From Eledone cirrhosa (taxonomy: Eukaryota), in NCBI GenBank assembly GCA_964016885.1, contig OZ024743.1, positions 369,768,001-369,832,000 of the forward strand: 64,000 bases of DNA, written 5' to 3'. Position 1 is the first letter of the stretch, and each line of letters starts with the position of its first letter. Below are positions 52,095 to 64,000 of this stretch, piece by piece. The notes under the pieces were generated by a model. It searched no databases, was not told where the DNA came from, and was given only the letters and a program-made list of their open reading frames with translations. The translations under genes and the position numbers were made by a program.

Positions 52095-54053
52095 ATGGCT
52101 ACTTCACCTCTGCACGAAGCAGCTGAAAGCCTTCCTCACAAAATAACACCTCACACCGACACCACCATTGTAAATGTTACTACGTTTGCCAACACAAAAA
52201 AAAATATAAGCAGTAACAATATTTTAAATTTGTCTCAGGCAGACATTCATTTCCCGCCATTACCAATGACTGCAGGTGTTAAAGCCTCCACCACCACCAC
52301 CACCGCGACAACAGAAACAAAAGAAGAAAAAAATAAATTAACTCGTGATGTCGAAATGAAATCAAGCAAAATGGACTCTTCCCCACCAAAGACGACTGAC
52401 GTCACCACCACCACAACTGAAAATAAAATTAATATTAACGATAGCAACAACAACAACAATGACATTATAACCCCCCCCCCCCAGTTTCGCCAGAGTAGCA
52501 AAACAATTCGAAGCATTTACCGTAACTCAAGAAGATTTAGAAAATGCCAAACAAATGGTAAAGAAAGATGGGTACAGGGTCAGCCTCACCCCCCCACCTA
52601 ATAAAATGGAGCATCGGCGCCTATGCACCGTGTCGTATAGAACAATAAATGTAAAATCGCGCCGAGTGGAACGGGCATCCGAGTCCCAAATCCAAAAAGC
52701 TTTGGGACATGTGTGGGCAAGAAAAACCCACATCAGACGTGGGCAAAAGTATGGAACCGTGGATGTGTTCTTTGAAACACCAGAGGAGGCTAGAGAACAC
52801 TCCATGGCCCCATTAAAAAGTGACGACTTTACACTCGTCCCAAGCTATTGTGGCCAGAGACTCGTAAAGATAAGGGTGACCCACGTTCCACCGGCCATCG
52901 AAATTCCCTGGCTAATAGCGGCTGTCCTCGCCGGCATCGAGGCCAACACGAAAATAATAACAATAGCAAAAGAAAAGCAGGAAAACTGGTCCGGATCTGG
53001 GATGGAGCTCCTGATCCAAGCGGACCAAAAAAGCATTGAGGAGATCCCAGAGGTAATAGACCTCACTGACGGCAGCCACCTCACGGTAATTGTCGAGGGC
53101 AGAAGACCTAGGTGTGTCGTTTGTGGTGAAGGAACCCACCTAAGGGCTTTCTGCCCTCAGGCTAAAAGGTTGAGGCCACCTCTCCTACCCACCCCAGTGA
53201 CACAACCATCAACACCACCAGTAGCAGAGATGGCAGCAACAACTGTAGCAGCAACAACAGAAGCAACTATAACAGCAACAACCCCAGCAACAGTAGCAAA
53301 ACCAACACCACTACCACCACCAGCAAAACCAACACCACCACCACCCAACGCTTCAGAACTAGCACCAGCGCCTACACCATCCACCACACCACAACCAAAA
53401 CTAACGGCTGTGGAGGATTTTCCACTCCCCGGCCTATCACAACTGGAGACAGATTGTGACGACGAGGAGTGGGAAACGATATCCGGAAAAAAAAAAGAAA
53501 CCAAAACAGAAAAAATTCTCTTCCTTCCCCCTCCAAAAACAAAATACAGAGGGAAACAAATAAACTAAGAAACAAAAAAGTTAGGACAGATATGCCACCA
53601 TCCACACCAGCATCACCAACCCCATCAACCCAAACACCAACACCATCACCATCATTAACTCCAACACCACCATCACCTACACCACAAAAGTCACCAAAAT
53701 GCGAAACAGAAACAAACCCACAACAAACGCAAACAAAGCAAAACAACCAAAACGATACACACTACACAGCATTAAATTTGAACAACAAGCAATTATTGCA
53801 CTACATCCAACACAACACCAGCATCACAGAAAAAGACTACACAACAACCCCAAAATTCAAACCACCTCCACACATACAAATCACTCGCATCACACAGAAA
53901 ACGTACATGACACTAAAATAAAAATTCCCCAAAGACATCGGAGACTTCCGACAAGCACTCTGCAGGAGGATTTATAAGGACATCCTTCCTGAGGAGGCCA
54001 CAAGCAGTGAAAAGGATGGAAAAACCGTCCTTCCCCTACGAGAAGTAAGGTAA
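52095..54053 (+). pseudogene. Element A ORF1 (gag-like; RRM-like + CCHC knuckle), broken by homopolymer frameshifts and one stop
   Basis: ORFs 52095-52601, 52555-53568 (VEGRRPRCVVCGEGTHLRAFC) and 53469-53921; the frame continues past TAA 53919 to ..LREVR-TAA at 54053. Confidence 0.85.
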
Positions 54054-54087
54054 GTGGTCTTTCCCATCTTTTCCACTCCTTTTCAAC

Positions 54088-57000
54088 ATGAACTCACTCA
54101 GAATAGGCAGCATAAATGCGCGTGGCTTGGGGTCGTCATGGAAGCAGGGCCACCTGCTCAACGACCTCAGGTCACTAAACATAGATGTAGTGGCCATCAG
54201 CGAGACCAGAATCTCCGAAGCACAGGCTTTCGCACCGATCTTCGGCGGCTACGATGTGTACGCATCTCCCAGCCGTCCGGGATCGGGGGGAGGAGTTGCT
54301 GTGCTTTTTCGGAGAGGTTTGGATCTTGCCATACGGGCCATCTTCATGGACCCAGAAGGTAAGTTGGTGGTGCTGGACGTGACCAGCGGAGACGGGCAAG
54401 CTTTCAGGTTAGTGGCCGTCTATGTCCCGACAGGAGCAGGGCGGCCTGATTTCTTCCGGCGTCTGGAGACCTTTCTTGGAACGTCCCGCTCTTTAGTGTT
54501 AGTGGGCGACTGGAACGGGATCTTAGATGCACGCTGGGATTGTGTGGGATTAGTGGATAGGGAAGGAGGGTGCAAGAGTCTCACCAACCTGCTCAGACGT
54601 TTTGAACTGTCTGACAGGTACCGAATGGATTTCCCGAGGTACCAATGTGGACTTGGACAAATCGCATAGGGTCATCCAGATCATATCTAGATAGAGTATT
54701 TTGTAGGGAAATAGATAGGTCTAGCATAGGCTGTCCACAATTCAAGATAGTCAGCTACACGGACCACAAATTCGTGATCTGTGTGCTTGACAGGCTTCAT
54801 AGACGAGGACACGGCTACTGGAAGCTAAACGCGTCCTTACCAGCGCGCAAGGCCTACAGAGACCGGATTAGCGAACTAGTTAAGCGGGCGTTGACGGGGG
54901 CCATCGTCAACAACAAGTGGTGGTTTGCTCTGAAAAGAGCAATTAGAATAGAGTCCATTAGGTTTAGTAAGACTTTAGCAATAGAGAAAAATAGAGCAGA
55001 GGGAGAATTAGTTAGAAAATTAGAGGAGGCGCTTAGCAAAGGCATCGCGACCGACGTACTTGCGGCGAAATTGGCCCTTGACCAATTCTTCAATGCAAAG
55101 CACGAAGGCTGCGTTGTCAGAGCTAGGGTGCGTGCTCTCAGACACGAGGGTACGAAAGCCGTTCAATGGGCCCGAGTGGCGGAGGCGCGTCGTGGCAACA
55201 AAGCCACGATCCGGTCTTTGGTGGACCACGACGGGCGCATGCTACTCGATCCCAGGCAAATGTGTGAAGCTTTTCAGCGACACTTCGCTCAACTGTTCGG
55301 GGGCAGTGGCGGGCCGGATCGAGGGATGGACTTTAGTGTCTACCTCGACGGACTGCCGCGGCTTTCGGCCACTGAGGCGGAGTGTTGCGAAAAGCCGATA
55401 ACAACCGCTGAAGTACGGGATGCAATGACTAGTTGCACAAGGGGTAAATCGCCTGGTTTGGATGGTCTGCCCTATGAACTTTACGTACAAATGCCAAACT
55501 TGTTCGGAGGCCTCTTGGCGGACGTCTACTGCAACTGGCAACAGAACGGGAGAATTCCCAGCTCTGTGAGCCGAGGAGCGGTGGCGCTGCTGAGAAAGGA
55601 TCCGAACAAGAGGGATAACATAGATAATTTTAGGCCCATAACTCTGCTAAACACAGAGTTCAAGATTTTGGCCAAGGTGCTAGCAAAGAGGTTGGCGCTT
55701 GTCGTTGGTGGTCTGGTGGGAGAGGCACAGACATGCGCCATTCCCGACAGATCCATCCACGACAACCTCCACCTCATGCGATACATCGTAGAGAGGGTAG
55801 CTAGGGAACCTGGCACGGGTCAATTTAGATCAGTCGAAAGCCTTCGATAGGGTCGACCATCGTTACCTAGCGGCAGTCCTGAGGGCGGCTGGCTTTGGGC
55901 CCGTCTTCAGAGGCTGGATCGCTGCCATGCACAGCGACATCTGCTCTGTAGTGAGAGTGAACGGTCACCTGTCGGAACCGTTCAACATCATGCGCTCGGT
56001 CCCCTCTCGTCCCTATTGTGCGTATTGACTCTCGAGCCATTACTGCACAAACTGGAGGCGTTGAGGGGGGTCGCGCGCGAACTAGGATGCGGAAGATCCG
56101 TGTCAGCATATGCGGACGATGTCACCGTAGTGGTGTCGAACGCCAAACACATCGAGGCGATCGGCACTACACTAAGAGAATACGAAGCGGTGACAGGAGC
56201 AATGATCAACCAGGAAAAGTCAGTGGGGCTGCAGCTCGGCACCTGGAGAGGCAGGTCCATGCCGTCCAACAGCGTCGTCGGGCGCTGGACGGACGGACCG
56301 ATTAAATTGCTAGGGGTCTGGTTCGGTCCGGACCTCCAGACGGACAAAAACTGGGACGAGGTGACGAGCAGGGTGGTTTCTCTCACCCAGAAATGGGCCG
56401 AGAGGAAGCTATCCCTGAAAGGTCGAGCGGAGGTGGCGAATGCGTACATCGCATCCGTCATCTACTACCGCCTGACCGTCGTACCTTGTCCTAAGCCCCG
56501 CCTGACTGCGCTGGAGCGTTTGCTCTTTCGCTTCTTGTGGAAGGGACGCGCTCCGATGGTCAGGCGGTCCATCTGCTGTCAACACCCGCTACGTGGAGGG
56601 CTGGGCATGCCGTGGCTGATGATGCGCAGACACGCGCTCAGGCTACGACATCTCCACCTCTTCCTCGACGGTGATCAGGTGTGGTCGCCGTTTGCAAGAC
56701 ACGTTTTTCCCCAACTCGTCTCCTTGACGGAGCTGCAGTCCTGGGTCAAGCGAAGACCGAGAGGGAGCGCTTGGAGACTGGAATGTCTTCAGGCGCTCAC
56801 AGCCCTCGACCAATCGGGCAATGTGATCGGTGGAAACTCCACCTTGGCGTTCTATAGGGGATTAGTGGAGGGGAAGAGCGACGACGTACTTGGAGAAACT
56901 CTAGGCGTCGACGAAAATCAACTAGCCAATCTCTTCGGAAGGATTTTCGGGCCGGGGCCTATGGACAACTTCCAGAAATCCCTGGCCTGGCAGTGCTACC

Positions 57001-57475
57001 GAGGAGCTTTGCCAGTTCGGGATAAACTCTACAGGCATGGAGGTGCCGTCAGCCGGGCATGTCCGAGATGCGCGCAGGGCGACGAAACCGTCCTGCACGC
57101 ACTCGTCCAGTGTCCGAGCATGCTGACTTGTGGGTTTATGTCGAACACCTGCTGTCACGTGTAGGACGGATCCAGCTATCAGCTGAGTCCATCGTGAGGA
57201 TTGCCCCGCCCCCTTCCTTTAGCCTGGAAGGGCAGGCAGTTTTTATCTGTCTGGTGGCCATGGCGAAAGAGATAGTATGGTGGACACGTTTGAAAGGGCT
57301 GAAGACGAGCACTTACCTCTTCGGTGATGCCCCGATTAACTTTTTCAAATTTCATTTGAAAAGGAAAATCAGGGTAGAGAGGGAAGTGCTCTCTTCCCAG
57401 CATTTTGTTGAAAGATGGGTGAGAGAAGCAAGTATGGCCCGAATGAATGGGCCTTCTCTGAGTATGTGTCTGTAA
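54088..57475 (+). pseudogene. Element A ORF2: APE endonuclease, RT and C-terminal CCHC (Tx1/L1 type), about 4 frameshifts
   Basis: SINARGL, ISETR, GDWN, YLDR, TDH; FRPITLLN, AFDRV, YADD; GGLGMP; CPRCAQGDETVLHALVQCP. Confidence 0.92.
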
Positions 57476-57736
57476 ATTAAAGGTGGAAAACTGGGAGAGG
57501 GCACTTGCCCTGGTGGTCAGGGCCACTGTGGTCTTTTAATGGGCTTTCTCCACAAATGTCCCTTGGAAGTCTCCCCCCTATTGGGGAATTTTTCTTTGTT
57601 ATTTTATTTCAACCTCTGTTTTTTTACACGCAGAAATGCCCATTTGTACCGTCCTGTATTGTCCTCTACTGTCCTTAATGTCTACTTTATGTGAACCCTT
57701 GTGGTTAATAAAGAAAACATTATTATTATTATTATA

Positions 57737-57769
<33 letters not shown>

Positions 57770-60700
57770 GAATGCTATGGTTGACGGAGGCTCGGCTCTG
57801 TAAGGTATTGTAAATTTTGACCGATATAACAATTGTAAATTGTTTAAAATTTTAACCAACTTGTAGACAAAAACACCCTCCTCCTCGTGAGAGGGGTGTT
57901 TCTGCCCGTTATTTGGCCCTTCGGGGTTAAATAACTGCTTATTGGGGTTTTGTGCCCAATATTTATTTTAAACAATAAAACAACATGGCTACGAAAAAGA
58001 ATTTTCATAGGTCACTCCCACTCATTCCGTCTTCTTCTTCCTCAATCGTCACTACAGCAGAGAGAAGATTGTCTCTCTCCCTCCCTTCTCTTTCGCAAGA
58101 GACGACAGAAAAGAAAAATCTCGTGCAAAGCGTGCAAGATTTCTCCACGACGACAACGACGAAACAGGTGTGCGGGAAATACGAAAACCCATTTTATTCG
58201 TCTGACGTCAGGAATAATAGCAGTAGCAGCCGTAATAACAACAGCAACAGTGACAATGAAAACAACAGTAGCAGCCGCAACAGCATTAGCAGCAGCAACA
58301 ACAACAACAACCACAGCAACAGCGGCGGCGGCAGTAGTCGTAGTACCTGCAGCAACAACAAAAGTGACAGCAGCTCTGACGACAACAACAACAACAACAG
58401 CAGCAAAGAAAAACCAATCTCGTTTGCAGGTATCGCAAAGAACCTGGAAACCATCCTCATAACAAATGAGGAATTAGAGGAAGCGAAGAAGATGGTGACA
58501 AAAACTGGACACCGAGCAATCTGCAAGGCAGCGGAATAATTTTTCGAAACCCAACAGCACTGTACGGTCACGTACCGTACAGTAAGTACAAAATCCCATA
58601 GGGTTGAAAGAGCCACAGAGGATGACCCCTTCTTGGCTGGCCGTGTCTGTCCTCGTCGGAATCGAGGACAAAACAACTGTACTGCAAGTACAGAAAAAAG
58701 TAAGAGAAGATTGGGTCGGCACCTCCATTGAGATGTTAATCCAAACCAACCAGGAGTGCATCGAAGCTATCCCGGATGTGATAGACTTCGATAACGGCAC
58801 TCAATTGCCCATAAGTGTTGAGGGCAAACGCTCGAAATGCTTTCGCTGTGGATCGAAGACTCACCTCAGGGCCTTCTGCAACGAGAAGACCCTGAGAAAG
58901 GAGAAAACCCCCCTCCTTCCGAAACCGGCTCCACGGCTACCAGCAACAGGACAAGCGGCAACCAGGAACGATAGGTCCGTGGCACCCGTACCCACGCCAC
59001 GGAAATCAAAAACAGCAGCAGCAGTGGAAGTATTAACAACAACAACAACAGCAATACCAAATACAGTTGCAACAGAGACTCCAGTGCAAACATCACCAAC
59101 AACAACAAGTGAAAGAGTGGAGTTGGTACCCCTCCCCGACCTCACAGAATCAGACATGGAGTGTGAGGTGGGAGAGGGATGGCAAAAGGTCGTAAGAAGG
59201 CACAAACGCAGAAGCAGTGCATCGTCGCCTTCGAAAAGGGAGGAAAGAAATGAAAAAAGGGTAAAGGCTACTGCAAAGAGACTCACAGCAGCAACTCCAC
59301 CAACACCATCACCACCCACACTAGCACCACCATCACCAGCGGCGACAACCCCACCGCCAACAACAACAACACCTTCAACACCACCACCACAAGCACCAAC
59401 ATCGCAAACACAACAACAAAACACACACACCCAGCAACAACGACAAGAAAATAGCAGAACCACACCCCACCCCCAGAAAAACAAATGCACGGCAATAAAT
59501 ACACACAACAAGAAACTAATGACTTACATAATTGAACACTCATACATTTCACAACACGACTACATAATACCAGCACCAATCAAAACGCCAACTAACATAA
59601 GACTGCTAAAAATAGCACAGAAACAATACACAAACATTAAAACGAAATTCCCCAACGCAGTTGATGATTTCAGAGACCTAGGGGGACACTCAACCGAAGA
59701 GTATATTCGGACATACTCATAGAAGAGCCGACGACCAGCCGAAGGGACGATTCAACGGTCCCTTCACCAGACGATCAAGTGAAAAGGGATGGAAAAACCA
59801 TCCCTCCATTACGAAAAGTACGGTAAGTGGTCTTTCCCATCTTTTCCACTCTATTTTAAACATGACCTCACTCAGAATAGGCAGCATAAATGCGCGTGGC
59901 TTGGGGTCGTCATGGAAGTAGGGTCACCTGCTCAACGACCTCAGGTCACTAAACATAGATGTAGTGGCCATCAGCGAGACCAGAATCTCCGAAGCACGGG
60001 CCTTCGCACCGATCTTCGGCGGCTACGATGTGTACGCATCTCCCAGCCGTCCGGCATCGGGGGGTGTAGTTGCTGTGCTTTTTCGGAGAGGTTTGGATCT
60101 CGCCATACGGGCCATCTTCCTGGACCCAGAGGGTAAGTTGGTGGTGCTGGACGTGACCAGCGGAGACGGGCAAGCTTTCAGGTTAGTGGCCGTCTATGCC
60201 CCGACAGGAGCAGGGCGGCCTGATTTCTTCCGGTGTCTGGAGACCTTTCTTGGAACGTCCCGCTCTTTAGTGTTAGTGGGCGACTGGAACGGGATCTTAG
60301 ATGCACGCTGGGACTCTGTGGGATTAGCGGATAGGGCTGGGGGGTGCAAGAGCCTCACCAACCTGCTCAGGCGTTTTGAACTGTCTGACAGGTACCGATT
60401 GGATTTCCCGAATGTACCAATGTGGACTTGAATAAATCGCATAGGGTCATCCAGATCATATCTAGATAGAGTATTTTGTAGGGAAATAGATAGGTCTAGC
60501 ATAGGCTGTCCACAATTCAAGATAGTCAGCTACACGGACCACAAATGCATGATCTGTGTGCTTGACTTAGAAAGGCTTCATAGACGAGGACTCGGCTACT
60601 GGAAGCTAAACAGCCGCTGAAGTACAGGAGGCAATGACTGGCTGCACAAGGGGTAAATCGCCTGGTTTGGATGGTCTACCCTATGAACTTTACGTACAGA

Positions 60701-62955
60701 TGCCAGACTTGTTCGGAGGCCTCTTGGCGGACGTCTACTGCAACTGGCAACAGAACGGAAGAATTCCCAGTTCTGTGAGCCGAGGAGCGGTGGCACTGCT
60801 GAGAAAGGATCCGAACAAGGAGGATAACAGATAATTTCAGGCCCATAACTCTGCTAAACACAGAGTTCAAGATTTTGGCCAAGGTGCTAGCAAAGAGGTT
60901 GGCGCTTGTCGTTGATGGTCTGGTGGGAGAGGCGCAGATATGCGCCATTCCCCACAGATCCATCCACGACAACCTCCACCTCATGCGATACATCGTAGAG
61001 AGGGTAGCTAGGGAACCTGGCACGGATGGGTCCTTGATCAATTTAGATCAGTCGAAAGCTTTCGATAGGGTCGACCATCGTTACCTAGCGGCAGTCCTGA
61101 GGGCGGCTGGCTTTGGGCCCGTCTTCAGAGGCTGGATCGCTGACATGCACAGCGACATCTGCTTTGTGGTGAGAGTGAACGGTCACCTTTCGGAACCGTT
61201 CAACATAATGCGCTCGGTCCGCCAAGGATGTCCCCTCTCGTCCCTCTTGTACGTATTGACTCTCGAGCCATTACTGCACAAACTGGAGACGTTGAGGGGC
61301 GTCCCGCGCGAACAAGGATGCGGAAGATCCGTGTCAGCATATGCGGACGATGTCACCGTAGTGGTGTCGAACGCCAAACACATCGAGGCGATCGGCACTA
61401 CACTAAGTGAATACGAAGCGGTGACAGGAGCAATGATCAACCAGGAAAAGTCAGTGGGCCTGCAGCTCGGCACCTGGAGAGGCAAGTCCATGCCGTCCAA
61501 CAGCGTCGTCGGACGCTGGACGGACGGACCGGTTAAATTGCTAGGTGTCTGGTTCGGTCCGGACCTCCAGACGGACAAAAACTGGGACGAGGTGACGAGC
61601 AGGGTGGCTTCTCTGACCCAGAAATGGGCGGAGAGGAAGCTATCCCTGAAAGGTCGAGCAGAGGTGGCTAACGCGTACATCGCGTCTGTCATCTGCTACC
61701 GCCTGACCGTCGTACCTTGTCCTAAGCCTCGCCTGACTGGGCTGGAGCGTTTACTCTTTCGCTTTTTGTGGAAGGGACGTGCTCCGATGGTCAGGCGGTC
61801 CATCTGTTGTCAACACCCGCTACGTGGAGGGCTGGGCATGCCGTGGCTGATGATGCACAGGCACGCGCTCAGGCTACGACATCTCCACCTCTTCCTCGAC
61901 GGTGATCAGGTGTGGTCGCCGTTTTCTAAACACGTATTTCCCCAGCTCGTTTCCTTGACGGAGCTGCAGTCCTGGGTCAAGCGAAGACCGAGAAGGAGCG
62001 CCTGGAGACTGGAATGTCTTCAGGCGCTCACAGCCCTCGACCAATCGGGCAATGTGATCGGTGGAAACTCCACCTTGGCGTTCTATAGAGGATTAGTGGA
62101 GGGGAAGAGCGACGACGTACTTGGGGAAACTCTAGGCGTCGACGAAAATCAACTAGCCAATCTCTTCAGAAGAACTTTCGGGCCAGGGCCTATGGACAAC
62201 TTCCAGAAATCTCTGACCTGGCAGTGCTACCGAGGAGCCTTGCCAGTTCGGGATAAACTCTACAGGCATGGAGGTGCCGTCAGCCGGGCATGTCCGAGAT
62301 GCGCGCAGGGCGACGAAACCGTCCTGCACGCACTCGTCCAGTGTCCGAAAATTGCTGACTTGTGGGTTTATGTCGAACACCTGCTGTCACGTGTAGGAGG
62401 ATCCAGCTATGAGCTGAGTCCATCGTGAGGATTGCCCCGCCCTCTTCCTTTAGCCGGGAAGGGCAGGCAGTTTTTATCTGTCTGGTGGCCATGGCGAAAG
62501 AGATAGTATGGTGGACACGTTTGAAAGGGCTGAAGACGAGCACTTACCTCTTCGGTGATGCCCTGATTAACTTTTTCAAATTTCATTTGAAAAGGAAAAT
62601 CAGAGTAGAGAGGGAAGTGCTCTCTTCCCAGAATTTTGTTGAAAGATGGGTGAGAGAAGCAAGAATGGCCCGAGTGAATGGGCCTACTCTGAGTATATAT
62701 CTGTAAATTAAAGGTGGAAAACTGGGAGAGGGCACTTGCCTTGGTGGTCAGGGTCACTGTGGCCTTTTACTGGGCTTTCTCCACAAATGTCCCTCCGAAG
62801 TCTCCCCCCTATTGGGGAATTTTTCATTGTTATTTTTTTGTTACATCCTCTGTTTTTGTATTTGACACGCAGAAATGCCCATTTGTATCGTACTGTATTG
62901 TCCTGCACTGTCCTTAATGTCTACTTTATGTAAACCCTTGTGGTTAATAAAGAAA

Positions 62956-63008
<53 letters not shown>
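57770..63008 (+). mobile_element. Tx1-like element B: different 5'UTR/ORF1, ORF2 nearly the same as A, internal deletions, (ATT)n tail
   Basis: ORF1 ATG 57985 with CFRCGSKTHLRAFC; ORF2 ATG 59862; ~570-nt deletion at about 60611; 517-aa RT/CCHC frame 60875-62428; tail 62958-63008. Confidence 0.92.
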
Positions 63009-64000
63009 GGCGACCTACGTAGTAAAACGTATCATCGTGAGCTCCGCAAAGGTTTGTTATTTCCGTTTGTTAAAAATTGCCATTTATGGAAAATTTTTAT
63101 TGTTAACTATATATAAGCGCACATACATTGTTTTCCGAAAAGGACACCCAAAAAGATTGGGGCCTTGTGCCCAAAATTTAAACTTTTATGATTATCAAAA
63201 AATTTCTTTGAAAAAAAAATGGCTAATTCACCACTGCACCAAGCAGCTGAAAGCCTTTCTCACAAATTAATACCTCACACCGACACCACCATTGTAAATG
63301 ATACTACGTCTGCCAACACACATAATTTAAGCACTAGCAATATTTTAAATTTGTCTCAGGCAGACATTCATTTCCCGCTATTACCAATGACTGCAGGTGT
63401 TAAAGCCCCCCCCCCCCACCACCACCACCACCACCACCGCGACAACAGAAACAAAAGGAAAAAATAAATCAACTCGTGATGTCGAAATATTTTCAACCAA
63501 AATGGACTCTCTCAACACGAACTTCACTGACGTCACCACCACCACAACTGAAACTAAAATTAATAATAACAAAAATAACGATAGCAACAACAACAACAAT
63601 GACATTAAAAAAACCACCCTGAGTTTTGCCAGAGTAGCAAAACAGTGCGAAGCATATACGGTAACTCAGGAGGAATTAGAAAATGCCAAACAAATGGTAA
63701 AGAAAGATGGGTACAGGGTCAGCCCCCCCACCACACACCTAATAAAATGGAGCATCGTCGCCTATGCACCGTGTCGTATCGAACAATAAATGTAGAATCG
63801 CGCCGAGTGGAACGGGCATCCGAGTCCCAAATCCAAAAAGCTTTGGGACATGTGTGGGCAAGAAAAACCCACATCAGTCGTAGGCAGAAGTATGGAACCG
63901 TGGACGTGTTCTTTGAAACACCAGAGGAGGCTAGAGAACACTCCATGGCCCCATTAAGAAGTGACGACTTTACACTCGTCCCAAGCTATTGTGGCCAGAG
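63009..64000 (+). mobile_element. Tx1-like element C: 5' part, same subfamily as A, runs off the window
   Basis: Collinear with 51886-52860 (5'UTR, MANSPLH.., KKDGYRVS, KYGTVDVFF). Confidence 0.92.

Larger units (their letters stand above)
51886..57769 (+). mobile_element. Tx1-like element A: full-length two-ORF LINE (~5.8 kb) with (ATT)n tail
   Basis: Starts GGCGACCTACG right after (TTA)n; the same start recurs at 63009. ORF1 ATG 52095, ORF2 ATG 54088, 3'UTR with AATAAA, tail 57719-57769. Confidence 0.93.

Noticed and set aside
52471-53496. Programmed frameshifting in ORF1 at C and A runs
   Set aside because: The shifts sit in homopolymers and differ between copies A and C, so they are more likely mutation or sequencing error.
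53988-54040. Hammerhead-like CTGAGGA...GAAA-stem-TC in the inter-ORF region
   Set aside because: Stem III forms, but stem I does not pair, stem II is weak, and the CTGA core is absent from the other cassette types.

Overview
AT-rich, microsatellite-rich animal genomic DNA with no supportable host gene. The repeat complement (tRNA-SINE, RTE, Dong/R4, Tx1-like, CRE, Penelope, mariner) resembles what I recall from octopus/cephalopod genomes; that assignment is an inference. Bases 1-17.7 kb hold decayed SINE, RTE, mariner and Tx1 scraps. An RTE LINE with an uninterrupted ORF of over 1000 codons (EN-RT, with a PHD finger inside the RT) lies at 17.8-21.2 kb, followed by old RTE, Penelope and CRE relics. 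From about 31 kb to the end the sequence is almost entirely stacked non-LTR retrotransposons. The most striking pattern is an (ATT)n-centred community. Tx1-like LINEs form head-to-tail arrays in (ATT)n tracts that begin as tails of a tRNA-SINE, and Dong/R4 elements occupy the same tracts in the opposite orientation. The SINE and the Tx1-like LINE share a 3' stem-loop with a CTTGT loop and covarying stems. The Tx1 ORF1/ORF2 junction carries a conserved hairpin plus a candidate 52-53 nt GT-AG intron whose removal would fuse ORF1 to ORF2 in frame; the same cassette is a hotspot for element junctions. All calls were made by eye, and boundaries of decayed copies are approximate.
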